A DNA stretch of 47,273 nt, from contig NIVC01004397.1 in assembly GCA_002269645.1 (NCBI GenBank), forward strand, positions 1 through 47,273, written 5' to 3'. The notes beneath the pieces were generated by a model. That model was not told where the DNA came from. It did no database searches and worked only from the letters and a program-made list of their open reading frames with translations. Origin of the DNA: Macrostomum lignano. Taxonomy: Eukaryota. Position 1 is the stretch's first letter. Every line of letters starts with the position of its first letter. This document shows positions 12,601-25,000 of the stretch, piece after piece. Position numbers and translations under genes: made by a program.

Positions 12601-15600
12601 CAGCCGCAGCTATTGCGCGGCGCATCTGAAGGCTGCGTACGGCTGTTCAGTCTAAGGACTGGGGGGTCGCCACACACCCTCAATTACCCCAGTTAATGCT
12701 GGCGCCCATTTTACAGCCGGGTGAACTGAAGCAATGCAGAGTTAAGTGTCTTGCTCAAGGACACAGATCGCTCCGAGTTGGTCGAGAATCGAACTCCCGA
12801 CCTTTCAATCGTGAGATTGAAGCTCTAACCACTACTAGCTAGGACCCCGACAGATTTTAGTGTCTAATCGTAATTCAGAGTCCATTGTAAGGTTAGACCG
12901 AATTTGTCGATGGCAAAACGAGCTTAGCGCTGTGCGTTCTCTGGAGCATACACAAATGTATGCACTAGCAATTGGAAAAACATACGTTCTAAGAAAATTG
13001 ATTGATTGAGTATATAGAATTGGATACTAGTTCCATTGTCAGATGAAATTCAAAGTTTAGTTCAGATCTTGGTGTAAAGTTTAACAATGAAGCCTACCTG
13101 TCTATAGGTATAAGCTACAGGTATATACCTACCTGTACGCTCCAACGAGGTCCACGCAATGGTTTAAAAGTGCAACATTAAAACTCGGCGTCCTTCTCCC
13201 AACCCACCTTGCAGTAGGCCCCGTCGGGGCAATTAACATCGAGGCATTTCTTGCCGCCTCCTTTGGCGCAGGTGGTTGGCTGGCTGCCAGCAACAGGCCA
13301 GTAGCCGGACTTGCACTCGCACACGTATCCGCCATCGGTGTCCAGGCACTCGGCATTGTCGCCGCACAGGTATTGATCTCTGGCGCACTGTTCAATACTG
13401 GCGCAGACTCGTGTCCCGCCGGTTACCCGCTCTTCGTAGCCGAAGTTGCAAGCGCACAGGTGACTGCCCGGGGTGTTCTTGCACACGGAGTTGCTCAGCG
13501 AGGAGCAGGTCTCGGGCCGTTCGCATTCGTCAATGTCTGAGGAGTTAAGCGTTAGGATAATGAGAAAAATTTGACTTTTATCCAGGTAAAAATACGCATG
13601 TATATGTTTAGAATAGTTTCGAATATGTTTATGTAAGTGCGCAATCTACTTGTAATAATGTAATCGATTATTGTATTTGAGGCATGGCGCACTTTAAGCG
13701 ACATTGTCACATAAGCGCGCGGATACGTTACGCAGTCATACGCACAGGCACACACTCACACAGGAGTGTACAGCGGTCTTAACTTTATTTATCGTTAGGG
13801 ATGGGGTTTAGTCCTTAAGGGTGTTAATTGCACGAGCAGAGCCAAGCCGAGATTCCAATTCAGCCCCAAAATTAATGTGACTGCACGTGGAATCGAGCCT
13901 GGGCCGCTGGCTGGCCGCGCGCTAGATCACTGAGCTACGGCCACAAAATACTAGAATACAAAAATTTAGTGTGTGCAGCACATACAGAGTGTACAGTATG
14001 AATGAGAATTCAGCAGTAATATAACTGTAAAGCAATGATGGTATACGTAAATAGAACCAAATGGGGTTGCTGATTTTTTATGCTTTTCATGCTTTGAACA
14101 TCAGTTTCATTAAGAAACAACGTGTTGCTTATTCAGAGTTGAATTCTTTCTTTGTTCCCCCCCAAAGGGGGGCGCAGATGGCTAGTCACGCTACTATTCT
14201 TTTCGTAAAACGATTTCCAATCCCTGATGAACAAGCTTGAGATTCAACGAAGCCCTAACCAATCAGAAACGAGTTTTACAATAATGCACATGCGCCGTTA
14301 CGAGTGATGGAGCTACAGTCATAAAATATTCGTGGAGCTGTCTGATAGTCCACAGCATTTATTAAACGACGCAAGCTTTTTTAGAATGCACTTACCAACG
14401 CAGGCGTCAGCCCGCAGCTCGTAGCCGCTGCGGCAGTCGCACCTGTACTTGCCCTGCGGCAGTTCCGTGCAAATGCCATTGACGCAAACGTTCGGTCGCA
14501 TGCACGGCGTGATCAGATTGGTGTCTGGTTGGGGAGATGCGACAATTGGGATTATATAGTTGCACGAAGCAGATCCAAGTAAATTAAACACAAACTGAAA
14601 AAGTCAACTTCCTATGTTCTGTAAAAATTTAAGTGAAGCTCGAAAATTTAAAAATCAAATCTAAAATCAAACGATTAGAAATTCTCCCTGAATTTAAAAC
14701 ATAGAGAGATGGGGAATTCTCCCACAATTTAAACTACAGAGAGATGGGTAATTATCCCACAATTTAAACTATAGAGAGGGGAATTCTCCCACAATTTAAA
14801 CCTTAGAGAGACGGGGAATTCTCCCACAATTTAAACTACAGAGAGATGGGGAATTATCCCACAATTTAAACCATAGAGAGACGGGGAATTATCCCACAAT
14901 TTAAACTATAGAGACGGGGAATTCTCCCACAATTTAAACCTTAGAGAGACGGGGAATTCTCCCACAATTTAAACTACAGAGAGATGGGGAATTATCCCAC
15001 AATTTAAACCATAGAGAGACGGGGAATTATCCCACAATTTAAACTATAGAGACGGGGAATTCTCCCACAATTTAAACCTTAGAGAGACGGGGAATTCTCC
15101 CACAATTTAAACTACAGAGAGATGGGGAATTATCCCACAATTTAAACCATAGAGAGACGAGGAATTATCCCACAATTTAAACTACAGAGAGATGGGGAAT
15201 TCTCCCACAATTTAAACTATAGAGACGGGGAATTCTCCCACAATTTAAACCTTAGAGAGACGGGGAATTCTCCCACAATTTAAACTACAGAGAGATGGGG
15301 AATTATCCCACAATTTAAACCATAGAGAGACGGGGAATTATCCCACAATTTAAACCTTAGAGAGATGGAGAATTCTCCCACAATTTAAACTACAGAGAGA
15401 TGGGGAATTCTCCCACAATTTAAACCACAGAGAGATCGAGAATTATCCCACAATTTAAACCATAGAGAGACGGGGAATTATCCCACAATTTAAACTATAG
15501 AGACGGGGAATTCTCCCACAATTTAAACCTTAGAGAGACGGGGAATTATCCCACAATTTAAACTACAGAGAGATGGGGAATTATCCCACAATTTAAACCA

Positions 15601-18600
15601 TAGAGAGACGGGGAATTATTTCACAATTTAAACTACAGAGAGATGGGGAATTATCCCACAATTTAAACTATAGAGACGGGGAATTCTCCCACAATTTAAA
15701 CCTTAGAGAGACGGGAATTCTCCCACAATTTAAACTACAGAGAGATGGGGAATTATCCCACAATTTAAACCATAGAGAGACGGGGAATTATCCCACAATT
15801 TAAACTACAGAGAGATGGGGAATTATCCCACAATTTAAACTATAGAGACGGGGAATTCTCCCACAATTTAAACCTTAGAGAGACGGGGAATTATCCCACA
15901 ATTTAAACCATAGAGAGACGGGGAATTATCCCACAATTTAAACCTTAGAGAGATGGAGAATTCTCCCACAATTTAAACTACAGAGAGATGGGGAATTCTC
16001 CCACAATTTAAACCACAGAGAGATCGAGAATTATCCCACAATTTAAACCATAGAGAGATGGGGAATTCTCCTGCAATTGTAAACCACTATGGATATCTCA
16101 CCATTGTAGCAGATCTTTCCATCTCCGCTGAGCCCCTCTTTGCACTGACAGGCGTAGCTGCCAGGTGTGTTGTAACAGGTGGCCTGCTTGTCACACAGTC
16201 CCGGATATCTGGTGCACTCGTCGATGTCCGAGCATTGGGCGCCGTTGCCTTCGAAGCCGCCGAGGCAGACGCAGGTGGCGTTGTCGCAGACTGCTTGCGG
16301 ATGGCAGCGTACGCCGTTGCAGTCCAGCTCTGTAGTTGAGGAAGAGAAAGGGAGAGAAGTGAATATGCTAGCATGTTCTGTGTCTCAACTTAAATAATTG
16401 TTTTGATATTTTAAAGATTTTCATTTTTTGAGTTGAATGAGCTCTCTAAGGGCTCAGCTACTAAGTGACGGATCTCTCTGAGGGCTCAGCTACTGACTGA
16501 CGGAGCTCCCAGGTGTCTCAGCTACTGAGTGACGGATCTCTCTGATGGCCCAGCTACTGAGTGACGGATCTCCCAGGTGGCTCAACTACTGAGTGACGGA
16601 GCTCCCAGGTGGCTCAGCTACTGAGTGACTGAGCTCCCAGGTGGCTCAGCTACTGAGTGACGGAGCTCCCATGTGTCTCAGCTACTGATCGAGTGACGGA
16701 ACTTCCTGGTGGCTCAGTTTCTGAGTGAAAGATTGCAATGATGACTCATTTGCTGAGTGACGGAGCTTCCGCATCGTCCATCTCTCCTGAGCAGCCTTTT
16801 CACTCTTGCTTTCTTCAAAGCTGTTAACTCAGGATACATACGGACCTATACTACGTTTGATGAAACTACTATCACCATCGAGTTTTACGCGTAGATTCGG
16901 CGCAGCATGGTTAGTACAACTCACTAGTATTATCCTTGGTGCAGTTGACTCCGTCTCCGGAATAGCCTGGCAAGCACTGGCAGCTGTACGATCCAACATT
17001 GTTGATGCACTTGGCGAACTGGGAGCAATCGTTCTTTGACGATAGGCACTCGTTCTCGTCTTCGCAGCTGCTCTTGTCGCGAGACATCACGTAGCCAGCG
17101 GAACAGCGGCATTCGAACGAGCCGGGCGTGTTGATGCAGGCGGCCAGCTGTGGACAGTTGGACGCGCCAGAGCAGCATTCGTCAATGTCGACGCAGACTT
17201 TGCCGTTGCCAATGAATCCGGCTTTGCAGGTGCAGATGTACGATCCGATTGTGTTGTTGCAGGTGGCGTATTCTTTGTCGCACAGGTGCAAGTTGAACTC
17301 GCATTCGTCGATGTCTGGGGAAAATTGGTTTTGTTTCGGTGTCTAATACTGCTCTCGAACGAGTCTTGAGAAATACCCACTGAAAGCTGGGCACCTGTTC
17401 AGCATAATACGAGTATCTATAGGACGGTGACATGTCTGAGGATCTGAGATGGAAATCTCGTGGGTGGCCTAGCATTCGAGGATCTAGGCTGGTGGCCCTA
17501 GCCTAAGGATCTGGGTAAAGCTTAATTAAGATCGAGTATCAGGGCAACCGAGGTGTGGCTATATAATCTAAGAAACCACAGCCAACCAGCCCTCACCGCG
17601 ACACTCCTCGCAATGCCCCATGTAGCCGTCCTGGCACTGGCACTGGTAGCCACCGTCGGTGTTCACGCATTGCGCATTACCGTTGCAGTCGTGCCGATTC
17701 TCTAAACACTCGTCGATGTCTTCGCACACTTTGGTGACGGGATTGTACACGTAGCCAGGCAGGCATTGGCAATCGTAGGAGCCGAACGTATTGAGACAGA
17801 GCGCGTTCATCTTAGTGCAGTTATTATTGCCCGTGTCGCATTCGTTCTCGTCTTCGCACAGGCCGGTTGTGACGTTCTTAACGAAGCCGCGTTCGCAATA
17901 GCACACGCCACGGTAGCAATACACCTGGGTCCCGTTACATTTGACGTCCAGACAGGGGTCGGGGCCCGTGCAACCACGGTTGCCGTCGTCGCAGGTGCAA
18001 TAAAATGAGCCAATCTGGAAGGTAGAAATAAAACACATCGCATTCTCAGCTTGCATGGAAGGAGATTGTCAAATGGGAAGGTATAATGCGCATGAACACT
18101 TCTTCGAAAAAATTACTTACGGTATTCGTACAGGTAGCGTTGAAGTAGCAAGCGTTCTTGTTCTTGCACTCGTCGACATCCTCACAAACTGTACCGTTAC
18201 CCGTGAATCCCTGATGGCAGGTGCACTTATAACGGCCTGGAGTGTCCGTGCAAGTAGCGTAGCTCCTGTGACAGTTGTTCAGCGTGCTGTTCGAGCACTC
18301 GTTGATGTTCTTGCACTTGTTCCTATTCACCCGCTCGTAGCCTGACTTGCAGTCGCATTCGTACCTGCCGTACGTGTTCCGACACTTAGTCGACGCGCGA
18401 TGACACGAGTGTTGATTCAACTTGCATTCATCTTTGTCGTCGCATTGTTTCGTCTTGGAGTTGCGCATGAAACCGTCTTGGCAGCGGCACTCGAAACTGC
18501 CTGGCGAGTTGAAGCACTCCTCTGTGGTGGCGTTGCACGGTTTGTTCTCCTCGCATTCGTCAATATCGTCACAGACTATACCGTCGCCGCGCCAGCCAGA

Positions 18601-19034
18601 GTTGCAGGTGCAGTTGAAGCTGCCGACCGTATTGCGACAGGTGGCGTGCGGTGAACAAGGACCGGTTTTGGTGGCGGCGCCAAGAGCACATTCGTCATCG
18701 TCTGGAAGCGGTGAGCAATTGGAATGACGAGATGATGTCCTGATTTGTCACCCAGAGTGCATCAGAGTGTTCTAGGACTTGGCTCTGGATTGTGTTGTTC
18801 TAAATTTCCGTGATTTCGATTTAGATGTAAAAGATTCTGCACTCAAAAATCACCGTCGCAGACGACTCCATTTCCGTGGAAGCCTTTCTTGCAATGACAG
18901 TCGTACATGTCATTCTCAAAGCCGCAGAAGCCATACTTGTGACAACCGTACGAAGTGCACGTGAGTGATGTTGCACCGGGCGACGTGCAGTTACACCGTT
19001 CGGTGCAGTTGGGCTTGATCATCATGTCACCGAT
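708..19034 (-). CDS. Domain block: about 53 tandem EGF/calcium-binding EGF repeats (19 exons)
   Basis: Repeated D-I/V-D/N-E-C...C-x-N-T-x-G-S/G-Y/F-x-C-x-C-x-x-G-Y/F-x-G-D/N-G-x-x-C in ORFs 704-1135, 2296-2910, 3716-4114, 5312-5707, 9800-10615, 10978-11337, 16911-17291, 17568-18056 and 18046-18468, plus short exons not in the ORF track. Many junctions are phase 1. No 8-Cys TB domains were seen. Confidence 0.95.
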
Positions 19035-22000
19035 CTGTTAGAATGAGTCAATTGTCAAAAGATTTAAAGTCAATTAATGGGGTGTATAGTAAAAGCAAAA
19101 CCCTACTGTAAGGGAAGTGACACTACATTTACGACACTACGCTCATTTACATTTCAATGAAGCATGTTAAAAGTGACATACGATACACAAGCGCGCAGTT
19201 GCAGACGATTTATTCTTACATTGTAGTAGAGTCCGTCCACCTGGCAGCCGCAGCGGGACGGCCGGACGCAGCGTCCGCTGGTCATCACGTAGCCCTCGTT
19301 ACAAACGCAGGCCTCCGTGCATCGGCCGGCGCAGAGGCCGCTAGCCATCAGGGCGGTGACATTCGGCTGAACGCAGGTGGGCTGGCAGGGCGAAGCGCAG
19401 CTCTCGTAGTGCTGATTCTCGCCGCAGGTCTTGGCTGTTGGTGAATAGGGGAAATCAAATGCAATTCATTAATTTAAGCTGGGTTGTCGCTTAGTGACGA
19501 GTACTTCAGTATTACTATTGCACTCCCAATTGAAGGAAGCCATAAATCCTTTCAACAACTTTGGATACCAAATTCCAATTTAAACAAAAGAAGAAATTTG
19601 CTCACGGCAGAAATCGGCACGCCGCCACTGTGAGCTGCTATTGTACCGCGACTGGCACACCGCGGCAATAGTGGTGGCAGTCTGGCACAGGTCCACTCCG
19701 CCAAGACAAGTGTCATACACGCAGCTGTCAATGTAGACATCGAAGCTGTCCTTCACGGCGGCCATAGCGGCGGCGCATGGTGCGAAGATCTCGCGCAGCC
19801 GGTTGCAAGTGGTCTTGGCTCGCTCGTGAGCGTTGCCGACGCATTCAGGATCGGGCGTCTCGCTGCAGCCGGGCTTGCACTCGTCGCCGTCCATAGCTCC
19901 CGTGTCGGTTCTCCAGGAGTCGCCAAACAGGCGTGCGTTATCGGTGGCGTTGCCGCTTGGTTCGCACACTGGGCCCAGGACCCAGTCGTTGCTGGCGTTA
20001 TTGTCAAAGTCGCCGCATAGGCCGCACATCTGACGCTTGAATGGAGTCTCAACTTTCACTTCGATTCGATCGTCGCCATTCCATTTGACGTAGAGGCCGA
20101 ACCGGGTGGTCAGTAGCTGCGGTTAATGATGATAGTTTTGAGTAATACCAGATCCTTAGTACAGATTGACTACCAGAAGCCTTAGAATGCGTCGCATTTG
20201 ATTATTTTTCGATAGCAAGCGATACTCACCACGTTGCCCTCAAAGAATCGGATGGTAAAACCAAGTGGTCGACCAGCAGAGTCGAGCGGCTCTGCTGGTA
20301 AATTCACCAACTGTCCGTCTAGTACCACTCGCATGCCCTGGCGCAGCACCACGGTCTGAGGACGATTAGGAGACATTAGTGTGATACTACGAGCTTTTGT
20401 TGTAGGCAAACTCAATTAAGTCAATTTCAACTTACCTTTCCAAACACTTTAACCAGAATCTCTTTAGTCCACGTGACCACCGATGCAGGCCGGTTCTTGC
20501 GCCAGTTCTTCTGCACCACCTCGAAGCTGGCCGGGCCAGTCGGCTTGCCGTCGCTGCAGCCGTCTCGAGCCAGGGTATAGCTGCACGCGCCCTGGAAGTG
20601 ATGCATCCGTTCGTCGAAGCTGCGGCAGTGCGGCTCTCCCCAGCACAGGCAGGTGCCAACTTCGCGACAGTCGCCAGATCGACCGGAGCCTTCGTATTTC
20701 GGTAGGCAGACGCAGATGAATGAACCTTCGGTATTGATGCACCGAGCGTTGGTGTCGCAGTTGTGCGCTCCAGTTGTACACTCATCAATGTCGACGCATT
20801 CGGTTGCCGAAGCGTGACGATAGCCTGGCTGACAGTCGCATCGGAAACTTCCGGGCAAATTGACGCACGCGGTGTTGGCTCCGCACTTGCCTAGTGCGCA
20901 TTCGTCATCGTCGAAGCACTGACGGCCGTTAGCAACAACTCCGGGTACGCCCAGACCGCGCCAGCCCGGTCTACAGGTGCATGTGATTGAAGCGGCTTCA
21001 GCTTCGGCGCAGTCGGCGTGCGGATCGCAGTCGTGCAGACCGAGCGCGCACTCGTCCAGGTTGATTCTCCGTTTGCCGCAGAACAGGTCGGAGAGCTGCC
21101 AGTCGCCTCGTCCGGCGGCGTCCGCACCGGCGGTGTCGATGCCGACAATGGGGACACTGCCGCTACCGTCGCTGCCGTCCTGCATGAGCAGGCCAGAGTC
21201 GTAGCGAGTGACGTTGTCAGCGATGTCGCAATTGCAGACTCGGGAGTCGATTTGAGCGCTAGAATTAAATGTGGTTGGTTGGAAAATACGCAGCTATGTC
21301 ACCTCAGTAAAGTTGTACTCAATCATTATTATTTGTAAATCATCAGCTATGTCCTACCGAGTTTTCCCCTGACAGCTGACGCGGTCGCCGCAGGCGCACT
21401 GCGCCTTGCCGGATACAAACTTTCTCGAGCGCTGGCCAGTTGCGCTAATCAGAGCGAAGCCCGGATTAGACATGATTCTGTAGCCGCTACAGGTGACCTT
21501 AACAGCCTGCGTGCAGGTAGTCAGTGACTTTACCAGCTCGGTGAGCTGCTTCGGTGTAGCGGTTTTGTAAGTGACCGACGTGTAGCCCGTGGAGTTGCGC
21601 GTGACCTGATCCACAACGACCCGGGTAGCCCAGTCCCACTTGCCCGGCACGCAAAGCACTAGGAACGGCTCAGAGCCCGGCTGAATCCACTGCTCAAAGC
21701 TGGTGCGTCGGCCCATTCTACTCACTTTTGAGCAGTGTCGTGGTAAGCCGCAGAAGTTTGGCGCGCAACGCATTGCTTCAGTGTACACCTTGACAAATTT
21801 GCGTTTTACGAGAGTAGGCGTCAATAGGATTCAAGCAATTAGTTAACGAAGGCGACTATTTATAAAAACTGTTTTAATTGATACTCTATACTCTAATTTA
21901 AGTGCACAAACAAAGGCTTTTGACGTCAAAGTAATATTTTAAAAGTTAACTGGCTAGCATTAAGTCTGGCGCATACCTCCAATTTGGCACCTGGAGACAG

Positions 22001-25000
22001 TGACGGCAGAGACACTCCAGTGATCGGTAGAACTGCTTTGTTAATCACGTAGGTGCCTTCCAGAACTCGAGAAGTTTGCCCGGCCACAGCCTCATCCGAA
22101 TGGCACAAGCTATCGTTGGCGCAGGTGCCAAGTACGCGACAAGCGCACCCAGTAATCATAGCAACGTCGGAGCCGGAGAAGTACGTAACCCTGGCGCCGG
22201 ATCGATCGGAGATTCGAACTCCGGCACCTAGCAGACCGGCTCGCTGGGAATAGGCGTGCACGAGCTGCCAGCACTGGCCGGCCTGGTCAGCTAGCGCCGC
22301 GGCCTGCTTGGCATCCGGAGACACGTAGTCAAAGGTGACAGATGTGGCCGATCCCGCAGTGCCGTCTACTGAGTAACTCTGCGAGCCGTAGAATTTGCGA
22401 AAGTAGAACCGGCTGATGCCCATGTACACCTGGATTAGGTTCGGTGAAAATATATATTGCAATACATTCTAAAAACTAAAGAATCATATGACTTCTTTGT
22501 GAATTGTTTTACCTTGCGATTCTGTTGATTACGACATTTGGCAATGTCGCAGGCGATGGAGAAAGGCTCCAGCGGTCCGGCTTGATCTGGATCGACGGCC
22601 AACTCGCCTCGGCCGTTAGGGTAGGGCGGAGTGCCCCGGGCGGAGTAGTACGAGTGGCAGTCTGGGTAGACCTTGTAGCAGCGCAGCTCGTGGACGCAGA
22701 TCTTGCGTTCGCTGTCGTTTGAGGCTGAAATAGTTTACGTAGCACAACTAGCTGTTGGGCTCATCAATCGTGGAGATAGGAAACTGAGAAGACTGTGTAT
22801 TTAGGAAAGTACAGTAAATTACAGGGCCCTGATTGGACTCAACCGCATGGACATCAGGGCGGTGACCATGGCCCTCTCGGGTCATGGCTGTTTTGCCAGG
22901 CATCGTCACCTCCAGGGAAAAATCCGCAGTGAGGAATGCCCATTCTGCCTCTCCGGTGTCGAGAATGCGGAACACATCATCTGTGAATGCCTCGCCTTTA
23001 CTCAGGACAGGCTCACCTACCTCGGCCCAAACCCGGACCTCTCCGACGTTTTCAGGCCCGAGAATCTCTGCCAGTTCGTCAGCTACCTAAGGGCTACCGG
23101 GACACCGGCACCACCGGAACTCCCTGCGCGACACCGCAGCACTAGCTGCCCATGGTCGCCAGGGGTGAGAGAAATGGGCGGAAACGCCTCCTCGCTGTTT
23201 CCAGACGCACGGAGCCCCCTGCAGCTAAGTCAAGTACAGTAGAGCCGGGCCTACAAGCTGAAGCAACTCACCCACAGCGTCAAGCCGCACGCTGCTCAGC
23301 GGCAGCACGGACTTGTCCGTGAACACGCCGTCGTCGTCCTTCCAGTCAGCTGATCCGTCGCATTTGCAGGCGCCGCCCTTGCATCCTGCACCACCGGCGT
23401 TGTCGCCCCAGTAGACAAGATGACCTCCGTCCTTGTCGGAGGCGCCCTGACTGCTGGTAATGCTGAACGCAGCTGAGCGACATTTGAAGTCGACGCGCTG
23501 GGTGCAGTAGGTTGACGATTGAATTAGAGCGTCAAGTTGATGGCGAGGGAAGCCGTGGTAGGTCAGGTTCAATACTCCACCAGCTTTGCCAAATGTGCCG
23601 CAGGTCTTGTGACCAACAACGGTGACTCCGATTGGTGGGGTGTTGCTCTGGTCGCAGGTGGCCAACGCTGGCGGTTTGTCGTTGCTGCCGTACGGGTTGA
23701 TAATCCAGGGTTCCACAGTTCGAGGCTGGGAGCTCGGCGGCGCGTAGAGATAGTTACCGTCGCGGATGTCCTGGCAGTCCTTGGGGATTCCTGAAATTGG
23801 AATGAGTTTTTGCAGCTTACCGACTCAGAGTGACGAGTTTCGCAAAAACCTTACGCATCATAGGGTACCTAAAAAATCTCGAAACAGTAAGACGAGTGTT
23901 TCATTGTTTTAAAAAGAAGTAAATGACCCTAATGCAGCAATATGGAAATATTTGGGTGCTTAATTGTTTTTGCCGATTCTGTGATTGATCTACCATTAAT
24001 ATCTAAATCAGACTACTGATTACGTAACGTATTAGTAGACAAGTAGCGTATATTATGATTAACAAAAAACGTACTCAAATTCGTGGAGTCCATGCAGCGG
24101 ACGCTATCCAGACAGATCTGCGTCTCAGCTGTCTCGTTGGTGCCCAGCTTGGTGCACAATTGAGTCATTGGTATGAGATCGCCGGTGCCGCGGAAGTTGA
24201 CAAACCAGCCGCGATCTTCGCTCCAATCGCTAGCCGCCCGGTCCGTGTTGCAGGCGTCGCCTTCGCGCTTGCAGACGCCGCTGATGCCGCAGGCGCAACC
24301 GGGGCGACCCTAAAATGGTTTTTGGTTATTTTTATGTAGGATATCTTAACGCTAGAATCAAGGAGGGAGAAGTGCTAGAGTGGTAATACGAGTCTAGTCC
24401 TAGTTTTGCTACAGAAGAGCAGAACGCATACAAACGATGGTTATTTCCGCATAAAGGCTACAAACCTGAGTGCCAGCCCATTGGGAGAACTCTCCGCCGT
24501 ACAGGCTGGTCCACCGGACATTGCCAGAAAACGGCGTGTGCTTAGACAGATACCTGGCGTACTGAATGCAGTAAGTAGATTGTTTAGCCAGGAAGTTCAC
24601 TTGCTCGTGGTTGATGGGTACACCAGCGCTGTAGTACTGGATGTTGTAGCAGCGTTCTCGTGACGCGGGGTCCACGTCTTTCTGCGTGGTGCGAACGCAT
24701 CCTCCGACTGAGGGCGTTTACGAAAGACGGAGTAAGAGGTGAAGGATTAAACATGAATTTCAAAAAATTAGCGATTATAACGACTCAGGCCACACCTGAG
24801 TTTACCTGGGATTCTTCATAAAATTCAGCCGGTTACGATGGATGCCCCACCTAAGCTTATCTGGCCTTCATCATAAAATTCACCTGGTTAAAAAGATACT
24901 CCACCTGAGTTTACCTGGTCAACATGAGAATCTTATTGTATTAATACTTACTATCTAACGTATCTCGAAGTTTTATCTACCGTGCGTGTAAAATAAACAA

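Noticed and set aside
12780-12849. Functional tRNA gene
   Set aside because: The acceptor stem is not intact and the sequence runs directly into a SINE body. The same applies to 13884-13942.
7915-16072. CRISPR array interpretation of the 41-bp and 35-bp repeats
   Set aside because: Units are contiguous with no unique spacers, the context is eukaryotic and intronic, and there are no cas genes.
14690-16072. NF-kB site array (GGGAATTCTCCC)
   Set aside because: The spacing is one base off the GGGRNNYYCC consensus and there is no supporting evidence.
704-19034. Calling the gene fibrillin, LTBP, Notch or fibulin
   Set aside because: cbEGF arrays are shared, but I saw no TB/8-Cys, LNR, ankyrin or fibulin C-terminal domain. 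The VWD, CTLD and FBG blocks fit none of these, so no gene symbol is given.
22513-22560. A fourth frameshift (alternative frame LPNVVINR looks module-like)
   Set aside because: The exon as assembled joins the next one in phase 0 with an open frame, whereas the shifted phase hits a stop.
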